From Promethearchaeota archaeon (lineage in GTDB: Archaea; Asgardarchaeota; Lokiarchaeia; Sigyniarchaeales; SOKP01), in assembly GCA_019058245.1 (NCBI GenBank), contig JAHPZJ010000014.1:51085-115084 (forward strand): a stretch of 64,000 nucleotides of DNA, given 5' to 3'. Under the pieces are notes generated by a model. The model was not told the DNA's origin. It saw nothing but the letters and a program-made list of their open reading frames with translations, and did not search any database. This document shows positions 49,171-58,852 of the stretch, one piece after another. Within the stretch, counting starts at the first letter, position 1. Every line of letters begins with the position of its first letter. The translations under genes were made by a program, and so were the position numbers.

Positions 49171-50319
49171 TTAATTTGTATTAAGTAATATTTTAATTTC
49201 ATTGTTAAAATCTAAAAATATTTGACTCTCTTTACCCTCAATTGCTTTTAAATCAAGTATTATATTTCTATACAATTCAGTAAATCTCTCCCTTATTAGT
49301 TTTATAAAATATTTGATACTTATCATTTCCTTTTTTACCAAAATACAAAACATAAGAAAAGTTAAATCTCCCCCTCCATAATTTAACAATATCAAATTCT
49401 CACCTTGTTTGATTTTTTCTATCTTGAATTCTTTTGATTCCGTAACTCTTGAAATAATGTTATCTATTCCAATAATCCCATCAGGGAAGAGCATCTTATA
49501 TTCACTTGAAACATTAAAATCCTTCTTCATTTCCAAGTGTTCCTTATTGTTTTTAATAAAATTATATTGAAATATAACTTGAGATTTATCTGAGTTGATA
49601 ATATAAAGACTCAATAATTTTTCTTGCCAATTAAACTCTAAAAAGAGGGGGATACCAAAAATAGCATAAAATACGATAAATTGTCCTAAAATAATTATTG
49701 GACAATAAACTAATGCAATTATCATTTGTTGTGTGACAGTAAAGAAGTAAGGATTTTTCTCAGCACCGATTATTATCATTATTACAATTATACTTTCACC
49801 TATAAGCAGTAAGATTAATTTATTTCTGATAATTCCAGTTGAATTTTTTAATAATTTTAGATGAAAGAACAACATATACAACCCTCCAATAAAAACAGAT
49901 ACTATTACAAGAATTCCTACAATTGTGATGTTATTAATAATTAATATAAAAAGAGAAATTGTAAATGTAAACACACAAACTAGTTTTGTTATCTTCGTGT
50001 TAATTAAATCATTAAAATCTTTTTGAGATATTATCGCTAAAAATGAAAATGTAGCAATGAATATTAAAATATGTGAAGTTGTTAGATTAAAATTTGATAG
50101 TATTGGATTATCAACATAATAACTATTAATTGTGCGAATCACTATTCCTGTAAAACCAAATCCGTACAATGATCCGAAAGCTAATAAAAATTTATTAATT
50201 CCTAATTCTTCATCTTTAATTCGGAAATATCTATAAAAAAAATATATACTTATCTGATACCCAAGTATTAAAATAATATAGATAAATGGATAATGAAATT
50301 CTTTTAAATCAATTGCCAT
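49171..50319 (-). CDS. 7-TM membrane protein with C-terminal longin-like domain (paralogue)
   Basis: Seven hydrophobic segments, then EFNWQEKLLSLYII...GIIGIDNII...IRERFTELY. Confidence 0.62.
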   Translation of the reverse strand: MAIDLKEFHYPFIYIILILGYQISIYFFYRYFRIKDEELGINKFLLAFGSLYGFGFTGIVIRTINSYYVDNPILSNFNLTTSHILIFIATFSFLAIISQKDFNDLINTKITKLVCVFTFTISLFILIINNITIVGILVIVSVFIGGLYMLFFHLKLLKNSTGIIRNKLILLLIGESIIVIMIIIGAEKNPYFFTVTQQMIIALVYCPIIILGQFIVFYAIFGIPLFLEFNWQEKLLSLYIINSDKSQVIFQYNFIKNNKEHLEMKKDFNVSSEYKMLFPDGIIGIDNIISRVTESKEFKIEKIKQGENLILLNYGGGDLTFLMFCILVKKEMISIKYFIKLIRERFTELYRNIILDLKAIEGKESQIFLDFNNEIKILLNTN

Positions 50320-50540
50320 TGGGTATTATTAGTTTTTGAATATAATAAATGTTTATTGTATTGTTGTTCTCATAAAAAATGTTATTATTGGGTATAATTT
50401 ACATTAGGTATTATTATGCGAGTGTAATTCATGCCTTACAGAATTTTATTATCTTTAATAAAAGTTTAAAAAAAAAAATCGCTTATAATTAATATTAACT
50501 TTTTAAAAGAAATTTTAGCATTCCTAACAGGGGAAAAAGG

Positions 50541-51086
50541 ATTTCATTTGATTTTACATATAAGATAGGTGTTTTTGGCGATTCTGGTGTTGGAAAAACA
50601 ACACTAATTCATCGGTATATCACAGATAAGTTTAATTTAGACATTGGGAGGTCAATGGGAGTCAATGTGAATGCTAAAACCATAGACATAGAAGGTTTTG
50701 TAGTAAATTTACAAATATGGGATTTTGTAGGTGAGCAACGCTTCAAAACTCTATTGCCTATCTATGCTCGAGGGACTTTTGGAGGAATTTTTATGTACGA
50801 TATTTCTAATAAAAGTTCCCTCTTAAATTTAAATGAATGGATTCCACTTTTTCAAGATAAAGGAAAAAATCCCAATGATCAGATTCCAATTTTGATTGTT
50901 GGAGGTAAATCAGATTTGGATGCAGAAAGAAAGGTAAATCTTGATGATGCATATAGTTTATCAAATTCTTATGATATCCTCGAGTATATTGAATGTTCAT
51001 CAAAAACAGGTGAGAATGTGGAAAAAGTTTTTTCAACTTTAACAAAAGAGATTATAAAGAGATCAACATATTTATCTGCAACATAA
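50541..51086 (+). CDS. Rab/Ras-like small GTPase, probable ATT start (50541 or 50520)
   Basis: G1 GDSGVGKT is in frame upstream of the ORF-track ATG; WDFVGEQRF, VGGKSDL, ECSSKTG. Confidence 0.85.
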   Translation: MSFDFTYKIGVFGDSGVGKTTLIHRYITDKFNLDIGRSMGVNVNAKTIDIEGFVVNLQIWDFVGEQRFKTLLPIYARGTFGGIFMYDISNKSSLLNLNEWIPLFQDKGKNPNDQIPILIVGGKSDLDAERKVNLDDAYSLSNSYDILEYIECSSKTGENVEKVFSTLTKEIIKRSTYLSAT

Positions 51087-51254
51087 TCTACGTCCATGGT
51101 CTAAATCACATTTAAAATATTCCTCAGATAATATGTGTAAAATTGTCTCACGATCTAAATTAGTCTTTTTACTAATATCCTCTATTTCAATACCTGGAGT
51201 TGCTATTAATTGAAAGATTTCTTTCTTAACTTCCTCACTTACTTCTAAGCTCAT
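51072..51254 (-). CDS. Small HTH-like protein
   Basis: IEIEDISKKTNLDRETILHIL; follows cheB. Confidence 0.45.
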   Translation of the reverse strand: MSLEVSEEVKKEIFQLIATPGIEIEDISKKTNLDRETILHILSEEYFKCDLDHGRRLCCR

Positions 51255-51286
51255 GATAATACACTATTAGTATTTATTAATAAATT

Positions 51287-52429
51287 TTAACCTACAAATC
51301 TAATTATTTCATTTACAATTTTATAGTTGGGTATTATTAAATTAGCTGCCCCAATTTCAGCAGCAACCTTTGGCATTCCATATAAAACACTTGTTTCCTC
51401 TGATTCAGCAATAGTTTTACCCCCTTCTTGTCTAATTGCCATTAATCCTGCAGCACCATCAGATCCCATACCTGTTAATAAAATACCAAGAGTTTTATCC
51501 TTATATACTCGTGCTGTAGAATAAAATAATACATCAACAGAAGGTCTACAAAAATTGACAGGCTCTCCTTCAAAGGTTCGAATACAAGGTGTATTATTTT
51601 TAACCGTAACTTGCATATGTTTGTCTCCTGGAGAAAAATAAATAGTACCTGGTGTAATTTCCTCATAATTTAATCCTATTTTTACCTCCATTTGACATAT
51701 ATCTTTTAATGTCATTACAAATTGACGCATGAAAAGATGATTTAAATGCTGGACAACTAAGATTGGTACAGGTAAATTGGCAGGAATATCACTTAGAATT
51801 GTTCTTAACGTTCTAGGGCCCCCTACACTCGCACCAATTACGACAATTCGAGTTGGTATTCTTGCCAACGTAGTAGAAGGCATCTCTAAAAAGAATTCTT
51901 CAGCCCTATTTTCTAATGATGCTCTGAGTTTCGTGGTTAATTGAAGTTCCCGCGTTTTTCTCATTTTTTGACCTTGTTTGATAAAACTATTTTTGTCTAA
52001 CAATCTAGATTTACTATCAATTTTTTGTTTTTTAGGAATAGTTGTCAATAAAACTTTAGAAACTAGATTATCTTTAATTTGTGGAAGTACTTCCTTCCAT
52101 AAACCTATGGGTTTAACGATATAATCATAAGATTTTAGAATAATTGGTATTTCAAAAGAATTTATCACTTTTGGATTTATATCCGTTAATATTATAGTTG
52201 GAATACTGAAACTATTCATTAAAAAATTAAATGAAGCTAACCATTCTTTATTTTTATGTTCAATATCGAGAATTAGCACATCTACTTCTTTCGTTTTAAT
52301 ACTATTGATTGCTTCTTGCCCATTTCGTGCTATTCCCTCGATTTTAATTTCACTATGAGAAGAAAGCATCTCAGATAATAAATTCCTGCGAAAAGTTGAT
52401 TCAGATGCTATTAATACTTTTTTCAGCAT
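51287..52429 (-). CDS. cheB: Chemotaxis protein-glutamate methylesterase with degenerate receiver domain
   Basis: GASVGGP, VVQH, RPSVDVLF, LTGMGSDGA, YGMPK. Confidence 0.92.
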   Translation of the reverse strand: MLKKVLIASESTFRRNLLSEMLSSHSEIKIEGIARNGQEAINSIKTKEVDVLILDIEHKNKEWLASFNFLMNSFSIPTIILTDINPKVINSFEIPIILKSYDYIVKPIGLWKEVLPQIKDNLVSKVLLTTIPKKQKIDSKSRLLDKNSFIKQGQKMRKTRELQLTTKLRASLENRAEEFFLEMPSTTLARIPTRIVVIGASVGGPRTLRTILSDIPANLPVPILVVQHLNHLFMRQFVMTLKDICQMEVKIGLNYEEITPGTIYFSPGDKHMQVTVKNNTPCIRTFEGEPVNFCRPSVDVLFYSTARVYKDKTLGILLTGMGSDGAAGLMAIRQEGGKTIAESEETSVLYGMPKVAAEIGAANLIIPNYKIVNEIIRFVG

Positions 52430-52539
52430 TTTAGTTCTAATGGTCTACTATTGAAAATAATAAAAATACTCGTATAAATAAATACTGATAATAAAAATAA
52501 AACTTATTGCGAATCCGCTGGAATGATCAAATATTAAAA

Positions 52540-53235
52540 TTATTCTCCTAAAATTACCTTATGGGTGATAGTTCCAATTTGATCTATTGAGGCTTCAATA
52601 ACGTCTCCAGGTTGGATTGATCCTACTCCACTGGGTGTACCAGTTGCCACAATATCTCCAGGGACTAATGTGGTAAATTTAGATAAATATGCGAGAATTT
52701 CTGGAATTTTAAATATCATATGTTTCGTATTCGATTTTTGACGAGTCTTGCCATTTACTTTTAATTGAATTTCTAAATTATGGGGATCTTGTATCTCATC
52801 TATTGATGCTATTCGTGGACCAATTGGACCAAAAGAGTCGAAATTTTTACTTCGATACCAGGGAAAATTCATATTTCTATCACTTATCTGCATTTTCCTT
52901 GCAGTAATATCAAGAAAAACGGAGTATCCTCCAATAAAATCATAGGCTTGCTTAGTTAGAATATTTTTAGAAGTCTTAGAAATCACAAATGCTAATTCTA
53001 CTTCATGATCCACTTGATTATACTCTGGATTATTATATAACAACTTAGGATATATTATGGGATTCCCATCAGTTACCAATGTATTTACCGTTTTTACAAA
53101 AAATAGTGGACTTTTCGGTATTTGCGATCTCATCTCTTTTGCATGCTCTACATAATTTCGTCCTAAGCAAAGTATCTTTGTTGGCTCAATCATTTTTTTT
53201 CCAATCTTAAAATTCATTCTTAGTTGACCTTCCAA
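52540..53235 (-). CDS. Fumarylacetoacetate hydrolase family protein
   Basis: CLGRNYVEHAKE, DHEVELA, KNFDSFGPIGP, GDIVATGTPSGVG. Confidence 0.92.
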   Translation of the reverse strand: MEGQLRMNFKIGKKMIEPTKILCLGRNYVEHAKEMRSQIPKSPLFFVKTVNTLVTDGNPIIYPKLLYNNPEYNQVDHEVELAFVISKTSKNILTKQAYDFIGGYSVFLDITARKMQISDRNMNFPWYRSKNFDSFGPIGPRIASIDEIQDPHNLEIQLKVNGKTRQKSNTKHMIFKIPEILAYLSKFTTLVPGDIVATGTPSGVGSIQPGDVIEASIDQIGTITHKVILGE

Positions 53236-53449
53236 AATAAATCTATTTATAAAAGGACTAATTTTAATATTGTTTTCATAATTTTTTATAAAAAAAATAA
53301 ATCCTTAATAAGTATTTATGATTTTTAATATTTCAAGAGATTAAAACTCTTTAATTTCTTAGTGCTTTACAGGAGAGTTTCGTATTGACTAATAAAAAAA
53401 AAGATAAAGATACCTACATCAGTAACATAAAAAATAATGATTAAATAAA

Positions 53450-54031
53450 ATGATAAAAATGAATGAAGAAGTACAATACAACGATGAGAAGGAAAAAAAA
53501 TCATTACCACATTCGTTTATTAAAAAAATAGCTACTTCCGCTATTTTTATGGCAGTTGGATTAGTGTTAAGTTATCTCAATCCATTTGCATACTTTGAAA
53601 TATTCGGAACGAAAATTAATCCTTTTGCTCATTTCATTAATGCGATAACTGGTGTTTTAATAGGACTCATTTTTTCGTGTGTAACTGCATTAGGCATCGC
53701 AATTCTTCGATATTCACTTGGGATTGGGTCAATCCATGCATTTCATGGAGGTATTACCGGTGCTTTTGTAGTGGGAATTGTGTCTTACCTATTACGTAAA
53801 AAATTTCCTAAATATGTTGAATTAGCTGCTTTTACAGAACCGTTAGGAACAATTTTTATAGGAGGAACCATAGCTCATTTGATTACCCCAATAGGAAACA
53901 TTTTCGCAATTGAGAGTCTTTTCACATTCTGGGCTTTATTTGCTTTAAGTTGCATTCCAGGATGCATTATGGGATACATAATTCTAATAGTGCTAAAGAA
54001 AGCAAAAATAACATGGGAAGATTTTTACTAA
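53450..54031 (+). CDS. thiW: ECF S-component, ThiW family (thiazole precursor uptake)
   Basis: PFAHFINAITGVLIG, LRYSLGIGSIHAFHGG, EPLGT. Confidence 0.8.
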   Translation: MIKMNEEVQYNDEKEKKSLPHSFIKKIATSAIFMAVGLVLSYLNPFAYFEIFGTKINPFAHFINAITGVLIGLIFSCVTALGIAILRYSLGIGSIHAFHGGITGAFVVGIVSYLLRKKFPKYVELAAFTEPLGTIFIGGTIAHLITPIGNIFAIESLFTFWALFALSCIPGCIMGYIILIVLKKAKITWEDFY

Positions 54032-54058
54032 AAATTAAAACTTAATAACCCAAATTTT

Positions 54059-54646
54059 ATGAAATTTAATCCATCTTTAGATTATGAGGAAAATATTGGA
54101 CATCAGACTTTTCTTTATGGAGATGCTAATACTAAAAAGACATATTATACAGCAAAATTTGTTCAATTCCTTATAGAATTAAAAAATGTAGATCCAAAAG
54201 AAATTAGCATTTTAGATTTTGCTCCACCATTCAGTATAATTAATAATATCAAATTAGGTGGTAAAATAAGAGATTTTTATGAAGACAGTGCTAAATGCAA
54301 TAACTTATTCTTTGAAGGTGAAATCATCCCACCTCGCCTTAACGCGAAGAATATCACAGAACTCTATGAAAATGCTTGCAAAAATTTTAAAAAAACTTAT
54401 AAGATCTTATCTTCATTCAATGATAATCCAACTCCCACATTAATTATCAATGATATTTCAATATATCTACATATAGGAAATAAAGCCTTATTATTGGAAT
54501 CTATAAAAAAAGCAGCTACTTTTTTTGGGAACTCTTATTATGGATCGTCGATAAAGAGTGATTTTTCCCACCTATTTAGTCGAAGAGAAAAAAGACTAGT
54601 GGAATATTTAATAAAAAAAATGGATTTTTCATATTTTACGGGATAA
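54059..54646 (+). CDS. Hypothetical protein with degenerate P-loop
   Basis: TFLYGDANTKKT, ILDFAP, PPRL, LIINDISIYLH, NSYYG. Confidence 0.55.
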   Translation: MKFNPSLDYEENIGHQTFLYGDANTKKTYYTAKFVQFLIELKNVDPKEISILDFAPPFSIINNIKLGGKIRDFYEDSAKCNNLFFEGEIIPPRLNAKNITELYENACKNFKKTYKILSSFNDNPTPTLIINDISIYLHIGNKALLLESIKKAATFFGNSYYGSSIKSDFSHLFSRREKRLVEYLIKKMDFSYFTG

Positions 54647-54784
54647 TTCTTTTTAAATGTATATATAATTGATATAAATGTTATATAAAAAATACATAAA
54701 ATTTATATATACATTATAATATTTATATTATGATCCAACAATTATAGTATTATAAGCAAGAAGTTGGGTACTGAGGGCATAGGA

Positions 54785-55729
54785 ATGGTTAAAATTAAAA
54801 CTAATGATATAGGTAGAAAAGTTACTGTAAAAATCTTGTATTGGGGACCACATAAGGGAGGAAAAACTACTATAGTTGAAACACTTCATCGTTTGACAAA
54901 GGAAAGTGACATGGATGTTGTCCCTACTGGAGATTTGCAAAAAATTGCTTTTGGAACTGGAGCAACACTATATTTCGATAGAACAACATTCCAATCTTTA
55001 GTTGATATATCCATTTTTTATGAAGTAATTACTGTTCCAGGCTCAGAAAGGTTTAGACCTATACGAAAGAAAATATTCCGTGATACAGATGGAATAATTT
55101 TCGTTTTTAATTCAGAAAAATCTCAATGGAATAATAATATTAAGAGTCTAAAAGAGCTTAAAGAAATTACAGCTGATAGTTTAATAAAAAATATCCCTAT
55201 TGTAGTTATGATGAATAAAAAAGATTTACTTGAGACAGTAAATATATTAGAAGTCGAACAACTTCTAAAAGATGAGGGTTTAATATTCGAAGAGGAGCAC
55301 CCACTTCACATTTGGAATCCAAAAGTTTATGAAACAATAGGAACCTTTGAAAATCAAAAAAATGTGTTTCGTACATTTAAAGAATGTACTCGACGTATAG
55401 GTTTATATTCCATCTATGGGACAGGTTCGGCGCCCAATATTCAAATTTCTGAAAAAAAGATCGCAAGGATTAATTTTACACTGCCAAAGAGATTTAAAAA
55501 GGAATGGGAAACATTTGCTAAACAAACTTTAAATATTTCTCTCTCTCAAATGATACGAAATGCAGTTAGAGAATATCGCTCAAAATATATGCAAATTGAA
55601 AAAGAATCCAGTAGCATTGAAATGCAAATAATGGAAAAGCGAATTGAAAAAATTATTAATCATAAAATAGAGGAAGCAATGGAAAAACTCAAACCAAAAG
55701 GTAATAAAGAAGAAAAAAAAAGTGAATAG
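54785..55729 (+). CDS. MglA-like small GTPase fused to a C-terminal ribbon-helix-helix domain
   Basis: KILYWGPHKGGKTT, TLYFDR, TVPG, MNKKDL; RINFTLPKRFKKEWETFA...SLSQMIRNAVREY. Confidence 0.78.
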   Translation: MVKIKTNDIGRKVTVKILYWGPHKGGKTTIVETLHRLTKESDMDVVPTGDLQKIAFGTGATLYFDRTTFQSLVDISIFYEVITVPGSERFRPIRKKIFRDTDGIIFVFNSEKSQWNNNIKSLKELKEITADSLIKNIPIVVMMNKKDLLETVNILEVEQLLKDEGLIFEEEHPLHIWNPKVYETIGTFENQKNVFRTFKECTRRIGLYSIYGTGSAPNIQISEKKIARINFTLPKRFKKEWETFAKQTLNISLSQMIRNAVREYRSKYMQIEKESSSIEMQIMEKRIEKIINHKIEEAMEKLKPKGNKEEKKSE

Positions 55730-55766
55730 AACATAAAAAAGTATTATTTAAAAATTAAAAAGAGAA

Positions 55767-56246
55767 ATGAAAAAAGAAGATCAAGGTAAGGAATCTTTTC
55801 TGGATTTGGAACTACAAGTAATTCTCACTTTTTTTGATAAAAAAATAGGTCCTGTTCCTTTTCTCGTCTATCCGAGAGTAGATTCGGGATTTCATTTAGA
55901 AATCATTTCCAAATTAATGTTCCAAGAAGAAGAAGGCTTTTTTATATATACAAAACCCTCAATCGGCACAGCAAACTATTACTTTGAATTACAATCTCCC
56001 CTCGCGAGGGGTGAAAAAGAAATGATGATGATTTCTTTCATATTTAACCCAAATAATCACAACCCTGATCGATTTCAAGTTTTATTGGAAGAATTTATAA
56101 GTGATATAAAACAAAATCAAAACATCTACTGCGCGTTCCACCAAAGTGAAGTCTCTTTTGAGAAATTCCAGCGGAATCATAATGTTCTGAGAAAAAAAGT
56201 TCACATACTTTACTATAATGGTCTCGAGTTAGGAATCTTTCACTAA
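55767..56246 (+). CDS. uDENN/longin-like protein
   Basis: VILTFFDKKIGPVPFLVYP (F-D-x3-G-P hairpin), ARG..MMISF. Confidence 0.6.
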   Translation: MKKEDQGKESFLDLELQVILTFFDKKIGPVPFLVYPRVDSGFHLEIISKLMFQEEEGFFIYTKPSIGTANYYFELQSPLARGEKEMMMISFIFNPNNHNPDRFQVLLEEFISDIKQNQNIYCAFHQSEVSFEKFQRNHNVLRKKVHILYYNGLELGIFH

Positions 56247-56364
56247 AAAGTTAACAAGATCTTATTTTACTGGATAAACCATAGAACATCAATTTTGGCA
56301 AAACAATTTTAACTTATGTCCAATTTAATTATCAAAAAAGTAAAAATAAAATATGTGATGAAAA

Positions 56365-57009
56365 GTGAAGAAATTAATATTATTTGGACCGCCTGGTGCT
56401 GGTAAAGGAACCTTTTCTGGTCAAATAAAAAAAATTCTGCCAGAAATCACACACATCAGTACTGGAGATATCTTTCGAGAAAACCTAAAGAATGAAACAC
56501 CATTAGGTATTAAAGCAAAAAGTTATATGGATAAAGGAGAACTAGTGCCTGATGAAGTAGTCATTGATATGGTACGTGATAGATTGAATAAAGAAGATGC
56601 TAAGACTAATGGATTTATTCTCGACGGATTCCCTAGGACTTTACGTCAAGCAGAAGCATTAACGGATATTACTGAAATAGATCTACTTTTATTACTGGAA
56701 GTTTCGAGAGATATCATATTTAAGAGAATACTGGGCAGGTATGGTTGTAAAAACTGCGGAGAGATATACAATAAATACACCCTTCCACCAAAAGTAGAAG
56801 GAAAGTGTGATAAATGTGGCGCTGAAATTAAATTCGAACAAAGAAGCGATGATAATGAAGAAACCTTAAAAAATAGATTAGATGCTTATGAAAAAAATGC
56901 GAAACCTATAATTAAATATTACAAGAAAAGAGGAAACCTAAAGAAAGTAGATGCCAAAGATACATTAAAATATACTGAAGATGATATTAAACATATACTA
57001 GAAATTTAG
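56365..57009 (+). CDS. adk: Adenylate kinase (bacterial/AK2-type, zinc LID)
   Basis: GPPGAGKGT, HISTGDIFR, GELVPD, LDGFPRT, CKNC..CDKC, RSDD. Confidence 0.94.
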   Translation: MKKLILFGPPGAGKGTFSGQIKKILPEITHISTGDIFRENLKNETPLGIKAKSYMDKGELVPDEVVIDMVRDRLNKEDAKTNGFILDGFPRTLRQAEALTDITEIDLLLLLEVSRDIIFKRILGRYGCKNCGEIYNKYTLPPKVEGKCDKCGAEIKFEQRSDDNEETLKNRLDAYEKNAKPIIKYYKKRGNLKKVDAKDTLKYTEDDIKHILEI

Positions 57010-57044
57010 ACCTTAATTTTTTATAATCCTCCTGATTTTTTATT

Positions 57045-57788
57045 ATGAATTATAATATTTGCATAGCCATTCGGGTTAAATCAGCAAAATTAGGTGAAAT
57101 TAAAACCCTACTGGATAAAGGAATAAAAAAGAAGCCTAATTTTATTGAATTACGATTTGATTATATCGATAATGTTCAGTCTCTGTCATTAAAATTTGTA
57201 AAAGATGTATTAAATATTATTAATCATAGAATTCCTGTTGTTTTTACGTTCAGAAACTCATTGGAAGGGGGTCAGTCTAATATTTCTCAGAAAGAGCGTT
57301 TTAAAATCCTGAAAATGTTTATAGAGGCTAAACCAGAGTATATCGATATTGAAATGAGTACTCCTGAAAATTTTTTATATAATTTTATTACGTTAGCATC
57401 TCAAAATGGAGTTGATTTAATTTTATCTTACCATAATTTTGAAAAAACAAATGATCTTGAGGAAATAATTACATTTATTACAAATTTCAATGATAAACTT
57501 GATCAAAATGTAACTCTAAAATCTGAAATAGATTTAAAGATTGTGTACAAAGCTATTTTTACTGCTCAAACCTTTAAAGATAATCTTATACCCTTGAAAT
57601 TGTGTAAATACTTCGCAAATTTTCCGAGAAAACTTATCTCGTTTTGCATGGGTACAACGGGTATTTTTTCTCGTATTATGTGTGTCATAGTTGGCTCACT
57701 TTTAACTTACGCGTCCATAGAAGAAAAAACAGCCCCTGGGCAAATAAATATTGATGATATGAGAGAAATTTACAAATTTATTGATTAA
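57045..57788 (+). CDS. aroD: Type I 3-dehydroquinate dehydratase
   Basis: IELRFD, TFRNSLEGG, IDIE, SYHNFEKT, MG..G..SR, TAPGQ. Confidence 0.9.
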   Translation: MNYNICIAIRVKSAKLGEIKTLLDKGIKKKPNFIELRFDYIDNVQSLSLKFVKDVLNIINHRIPVVFTFRNSLEGGQSNISQKERFKILKMFIEAKPEYIDIEMSTPENFLYNFITLASQNGVDLILSYHNFEKTNDLEEIITFITNFNDKLDQNVTLKSEIDLKIVYKAIFTAQTFKDNLIPLKLCKYFANFPRKLISFCMGTTGIFSRIMCVIVGSLLTYASIEEKTAPGQINIDDMREIYKFID

Positions 57789-58138
57789 AACAAGATAAAA
57801 ATTAAGATTTTTTCATACAAACCATTAGAAAGGATATTTAGTTAAATATATAAAATTTAAAAAGAAAACTGAAAGTGCCCTAATCTCGTTTCTGGTTTAA
57901 TAAATGAAATAAAAATATCTTTATGTGATTGGTTTTCTGTTCTTTGAGTACATAAATCAAAAAAAAAAAGATAATTATATAATAATGAGGAATCTCTATA
58001 TTGTTGCTAATGAACTTAGCAAAACAACTTAAAAAATCAGCCTTCTACTAATTTCATTTCCATTACTGTTATTAACTTTTAATAGGAATTATAGATCTAA
58101 GGAGAGATATTATAACTCATAACAAGGAATTATTTCAT

Positions 58139-58714
58139 TTGTTTGTAAAAATTTCTTCAAAAAATGGTTCAAAACACACTAATGAAGAACACAATACGTA
58201 CCAAAATAAGATGCTTATTGAAAAATTCGAAAATTCTTTAGATATTTTATATTCTATGTTTTTGAATATAGTTCAATTAAAAACAGGGGCGAGAATAGGA
58301 ATGACCGTCTCTCTTAATATAACTCGAGATACATCTAGACTATTTACTGAAAGAATCAATAAATTACACAGCATTATCGATGAATATAAAGAAGTTTTAA
58401 ATGAAAAAATTATTGAGAAAATTGGAAAGTATTTTGATATTATTGCTCCCACAGGAGTTTTGAATCGAGAAGATTTTTTAAAATCAGATATTGCGTTAAA
58501 TATATTAAAAGAATTTATTCACAGATATAATAGAGCTTCGAGTTGTTTTACTCAAATTTCTCTTACTATTAAAAAATTAACTGATATCATAAACCTTGAA
58601 GGTGATTTCAAGAATTCAGAGATAATAAAAGATCAGAAATTCTTTGAGGCATTCTTGAAATTGTTGATTTTAGTTTCGAAACCTCAAAAAGGGGTATATG
58701 ATCTCTTTTCCTAG
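58139..58714 (+). CDS. Hypothetical protein (start uncertain)
   Basis: 191-aa ORF, no recognised motif. Confidence 0.4.
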   Translation: MFVKISSKNGSKHTNEEHNTYQNKMLIEKFENSLDILYSMFLNIVQLKTGARIGMTVSLNITRDTSRLFTERINKLHSIIDEYKEVLNEKIIEKIGKYFDIIAPTGVLNREDFLKSDIALNILKEFIHRYNRASSCFTQISLTIKKLTDIINLEGDFKNSEIIKDQKFFEAFLKLLILVSKPQKGVYDLFS

Positions 58715-58852
58715 TTTTTTTTCTTAATTAAGGAATTTAGGAAGATCTGTAAAAATTATGAATCGCTACGTGGAATCTCTGCTAGGATAAGGTTTGATAT
58801 TATTGATGAAATCTAGAATATAACGATATATTAATAACGTCCTAATTCCATA

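Noticed and set aside
53236-53449. Possible TPP riboswitch upstream of thiW
   Set aside because: Conserved CUGAGA / ACCUG / GGGA elements not found
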